NCBI GenBank assembly: GCA_000091205.1
Contig: AP006499.2
Origin: Cyanidioschyzon merolae
Lineage: Eukaryota
Strand: one strand, 5' to 3'
Length of the DNA stretch: 64,000 nt
The notes beneath the pieces are model-generated. The model did not search any database. It saw only the letters and a program-made list of their open reading frames with translations, and was not told the DNA's origin. Shown one piece after another: positions 61,547 through 64,000 of this stretch (the first letter of the stretch is position 1; each line of letters opens with the position of its first letter). Made by a program: the position numbers and the translations under genes.

Positions 61547-63534
61547 CAAGATCCGTGAAGAGAGACGCTACATTCCGGTATGGTTGGAGAGATACAATAG
61601 GATTTTGCTGGGAGCCGAGATGCCTGCAAAGGCGCCGCAAAGCTGCTCTGCGTCCATGTGAGAACTGCAACTGCAACGCATTCACCGTTGTAGCGAGCGC
61701 CCTGCGGAAGGCTCGACCCCCGACTGGGTCACTATACAAGTCTCAGATAAAAATGGAGCATTGAACTGCTAGCACTGTTGCTAGCGTTCAATTTTTAGCC
61801 CAATCATTTCTTAGATGCGCATCCTCCGCACTCAAACTAAAATAATAAAAGTTTACAGGTTCACTCGTGGTTTTTTTAGATTCTCGTTCGTTTTTCCGTG
61901 GTAGCTTGTTCGACTCTTTGTTGCTGGAATGCGTTTCTTTGTCGAAATCATAATGATTCACGACGCCATTGAACAAGGGTTCGTAAAGTACCCGATTATA
62001 TTATCCAGTTGATACGTCCAAGATTCCATTTTTCTCCTTTCTTTGCGTCTAGTACGATGAAACAGCGCATTCTTCAAGTGTTTGACCTTTCTGCTTCAAG
62101 ACAGCTGGAGCGCGTAGCAACTTGCACCGCTGGATTGACGACGACGAAGAAAATTCGACATCGTCCCTTGAATAGCGTTTCGTAAACGCACGCCAAACGC
62201 TCACTGAACCAATCACAGCAAGTAATCGATGCGGTTCGAAAAGCAAGTCCTTCCCTCTTGATCGCCATCGACGAAACGGGATTCCGCCGCAATTATAAGC
62301 TATCTCTCACGGGACACGCTCCCAGAGGCACCCATCTCATTTTCCGCGCGGAAAAGGTTCTTGGACTAGAACTAGAGTCGTCGCTGCGATCGCTTCCACT
62401 CGGGATTCCGTCACCGCTTTGAGCCTGGGGGCGTACACGGATCGAGATCTCTCGAGCGCTTTCACAACCTGGAGCTTCCTTCTGGTACTTGTTTCAGCAT
62501 GGTCAACATAGCGTTCCGTGAATCCTCTATCGAATAGAACAGCGAGCACTCGGGCGCGCAGCAGACATAGTACTCGCCAAGTAGTCACCCAGCTCAAGCA
62601 CGTCATCGTAGAGTTCGCCGTCGGACCCGGAAACGGAGGAGCGAACGGACAGGACCCTTTTCTGGCTGTCAAATTGGCATGTGCCGAACGATGAAGAAAG
62701 GGTTCATGATCTGCAGGGCGACCCTTTGAGGAACAGTTTTCGGGTATATCGGGGAACACTTGACCACAATCAGATGTCATCGCCGCGATGAGCGCACCGC
62801 GACTTTACGCGAGGAAGACGCAAATGGCAAGCAAAGCGTAGATCGCCTCTCCCGTTCGAGCATTAAATGCGTGAGCAGCAGCCGGAAGCAGTGAAATGGT
62901 GGCTTTGACACTGCCATGAACATCCTTCTACTTCTGAAAACGGAGCTAGAGGGACAAGAGAATTCTGCGTTGCTACAGGCGCATATGAGAGAGACAAGGG
63001 AAGTAGTCAAACATCATGCCCACCAAGACTGGTATTGACGAAAGTGAGAAGCGACCCAAAGCCTAGTCTTTTCTCCCGAGTTAGAGGGTCGGTCCTCGTT
63101 TGTTCAGAAGTGAGTGTAGATCTGCCTCCACGTTGGGGGCCTATTAATGAAATGATTCATAATCCGCGTCCTCCTGCTGGCAAACCTGCTCTTTCTACTT
63201 ATGGTCTATCACCTCAATTTAGTTCCAATCTCAGGTGAGCGTCATCGAATGCTTTTTCGCAGTTTTCAGCAGGAGCATTGGAGTGCATTCATTTTGAAGG
63301 AATGAATAATCCAAGGTGAAGCCATGGATATGCAGGACAGAGATCCTGTTGTCCCAGTGTTGCCGTATACGACCAATAAAACGAAAAATCTATTTCACGC
63401 GAACCATCGAGCGAAAAGAGCATAGAACGAACAAGAAATAGAACTGGGGAGATGGGCGATAAAAGGTGTTTGCTGGACTGGACGATGCCGAGACTGAACT
63501 TGCACTGAATACACGAGTTCGATGAGTCCCTGCA

Positions 63535-63954
63535 TTGATGAGTTCAACCTGGTTCAATCAATACAAGAGGTTCACGCAGCGTGACTGCAACGCTGCTAGC
63601 AGTATCAGACGATATTCGATGCTCAAGACGGGACGCGAGGAGCTGACACGATCCACACTTGTTGGACAGCCTCTCAGGATTGAAGTCTATGGCGAGATGC
63701 TGCAATTGATAGCATACGGCAAGTCGATATGGGCTGAGATGCATCTCTCGGGTGGATGCTCATTGACCCTCTATGGTCGCGGAACGTTTGCGATGCATTG
63801 TGCATCCTGGGGATCGCTTGGCGTCTCGCTCGAGGAAACTTCGCCTAGCCTCCTTCGCATTGATGCAACTCGTCAGGCAACTATTTCCAGTCTCGAACGC
63901 GGGGTTGCGAGCGGTCCACATTCCCCTGAAATTTTTTTTACCAAACCTTCGTGA
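63535..63954 (+). mobile_element. Tc1/mariner N-terminal HTH fragment (third paralogue), runs toward the window edge
   Basis: 'IRRYSMLKTGREELTRSTLVGQPLRIEVYGEMLQLIAYGKS' aligns with the 6.5-kb and 48.3-kb copies at about 70% nt identity. Any DDE part would lie beyond position 64000. Confidence 0.4.
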
Positions 63955-64000
63955 GACACGACAACTAATTTTGGGATAAAGTATGGGATCCGGCTTGATC

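Noticed and set aside
1-64000. Prokaryotic interpretation (operons, CRISPR, defence islands)
   Set aside because: The gene content is unmistakably eukaryotic: PPR, FCP/LHC, E(z) with SET, Brr2-type helicase, CRAL-TRIO, UBTD, mitoribosomal mL41. No Shine-Dalgarno or operon-like packing is seen, there is evidence of spliceosomal introns, and no direct-repeat/spacer arrays are present.

Overview
The window is a eukaryotic nuclear segment, most likely from a photosynthetic stramenopile-type alga. It is not prokaryotic. The evidence is one long ORF with canonical 35-aa pentatricopeptide repeats, a fucoxanthin-chlorophyll a/c-type light-harvesting protein (helix motif 'IAFIGFLE', 'NGRLAMLG'), an E(z)/EZH2-type CXC+SET methyltransferase, a Brr2/ASCC3-type tandem-cassette helicase, a CRAL-TRIO/Sec14 protein, trehalose-phosphate phosphatase and fumarylacetoacetase. 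Gene density is high, about one gene per 2.5 kb on both strands. Most genes appear as single long ORFs. At least two, the LHC and mL41, show signs of short introns.

The first half of the window is unusual structurally. Three unrelated, nearly identical long repeat systems lie within about 30 kb:
(i) A 1.23-kb inverted repeat at 2805-4039 / 7806-9038. Its arms flank a 3.8-kb unit carrying an AIG1/Toc34-type membrane-anchored GTPase and a mitoribosomal mL41 exon.
(ii) A 2.76-kb non-coding direct repeat in three copies: two full copies at 12858-15621 and 28111-30874 that are about 99.7% identical, and one 5' half-copy at 18615-19951 that is identical to copy 1 and shares about 55 bp of extra upstream flank with it.
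(iii) A 4.2-kb palindrome: 1.36-kb arms at 22034-23390 / 24859-26216 around an AT-rich, ORF-less 1.47-kb spacer.
None of the three carries recognisable transposase or RT/IN genes.

Separately, degenerate Tc1/mariner remnants are present. A frameshifted DDE domain lies at 47.5-48.05 kb. Three diverged copies of the N-terminal paired-like 'GRPR' HTH region lie at 6.5, 48.3 and 63.5 kb. I found no CRISPR arrays, rRNA genes or confident tRNA genes by eye.
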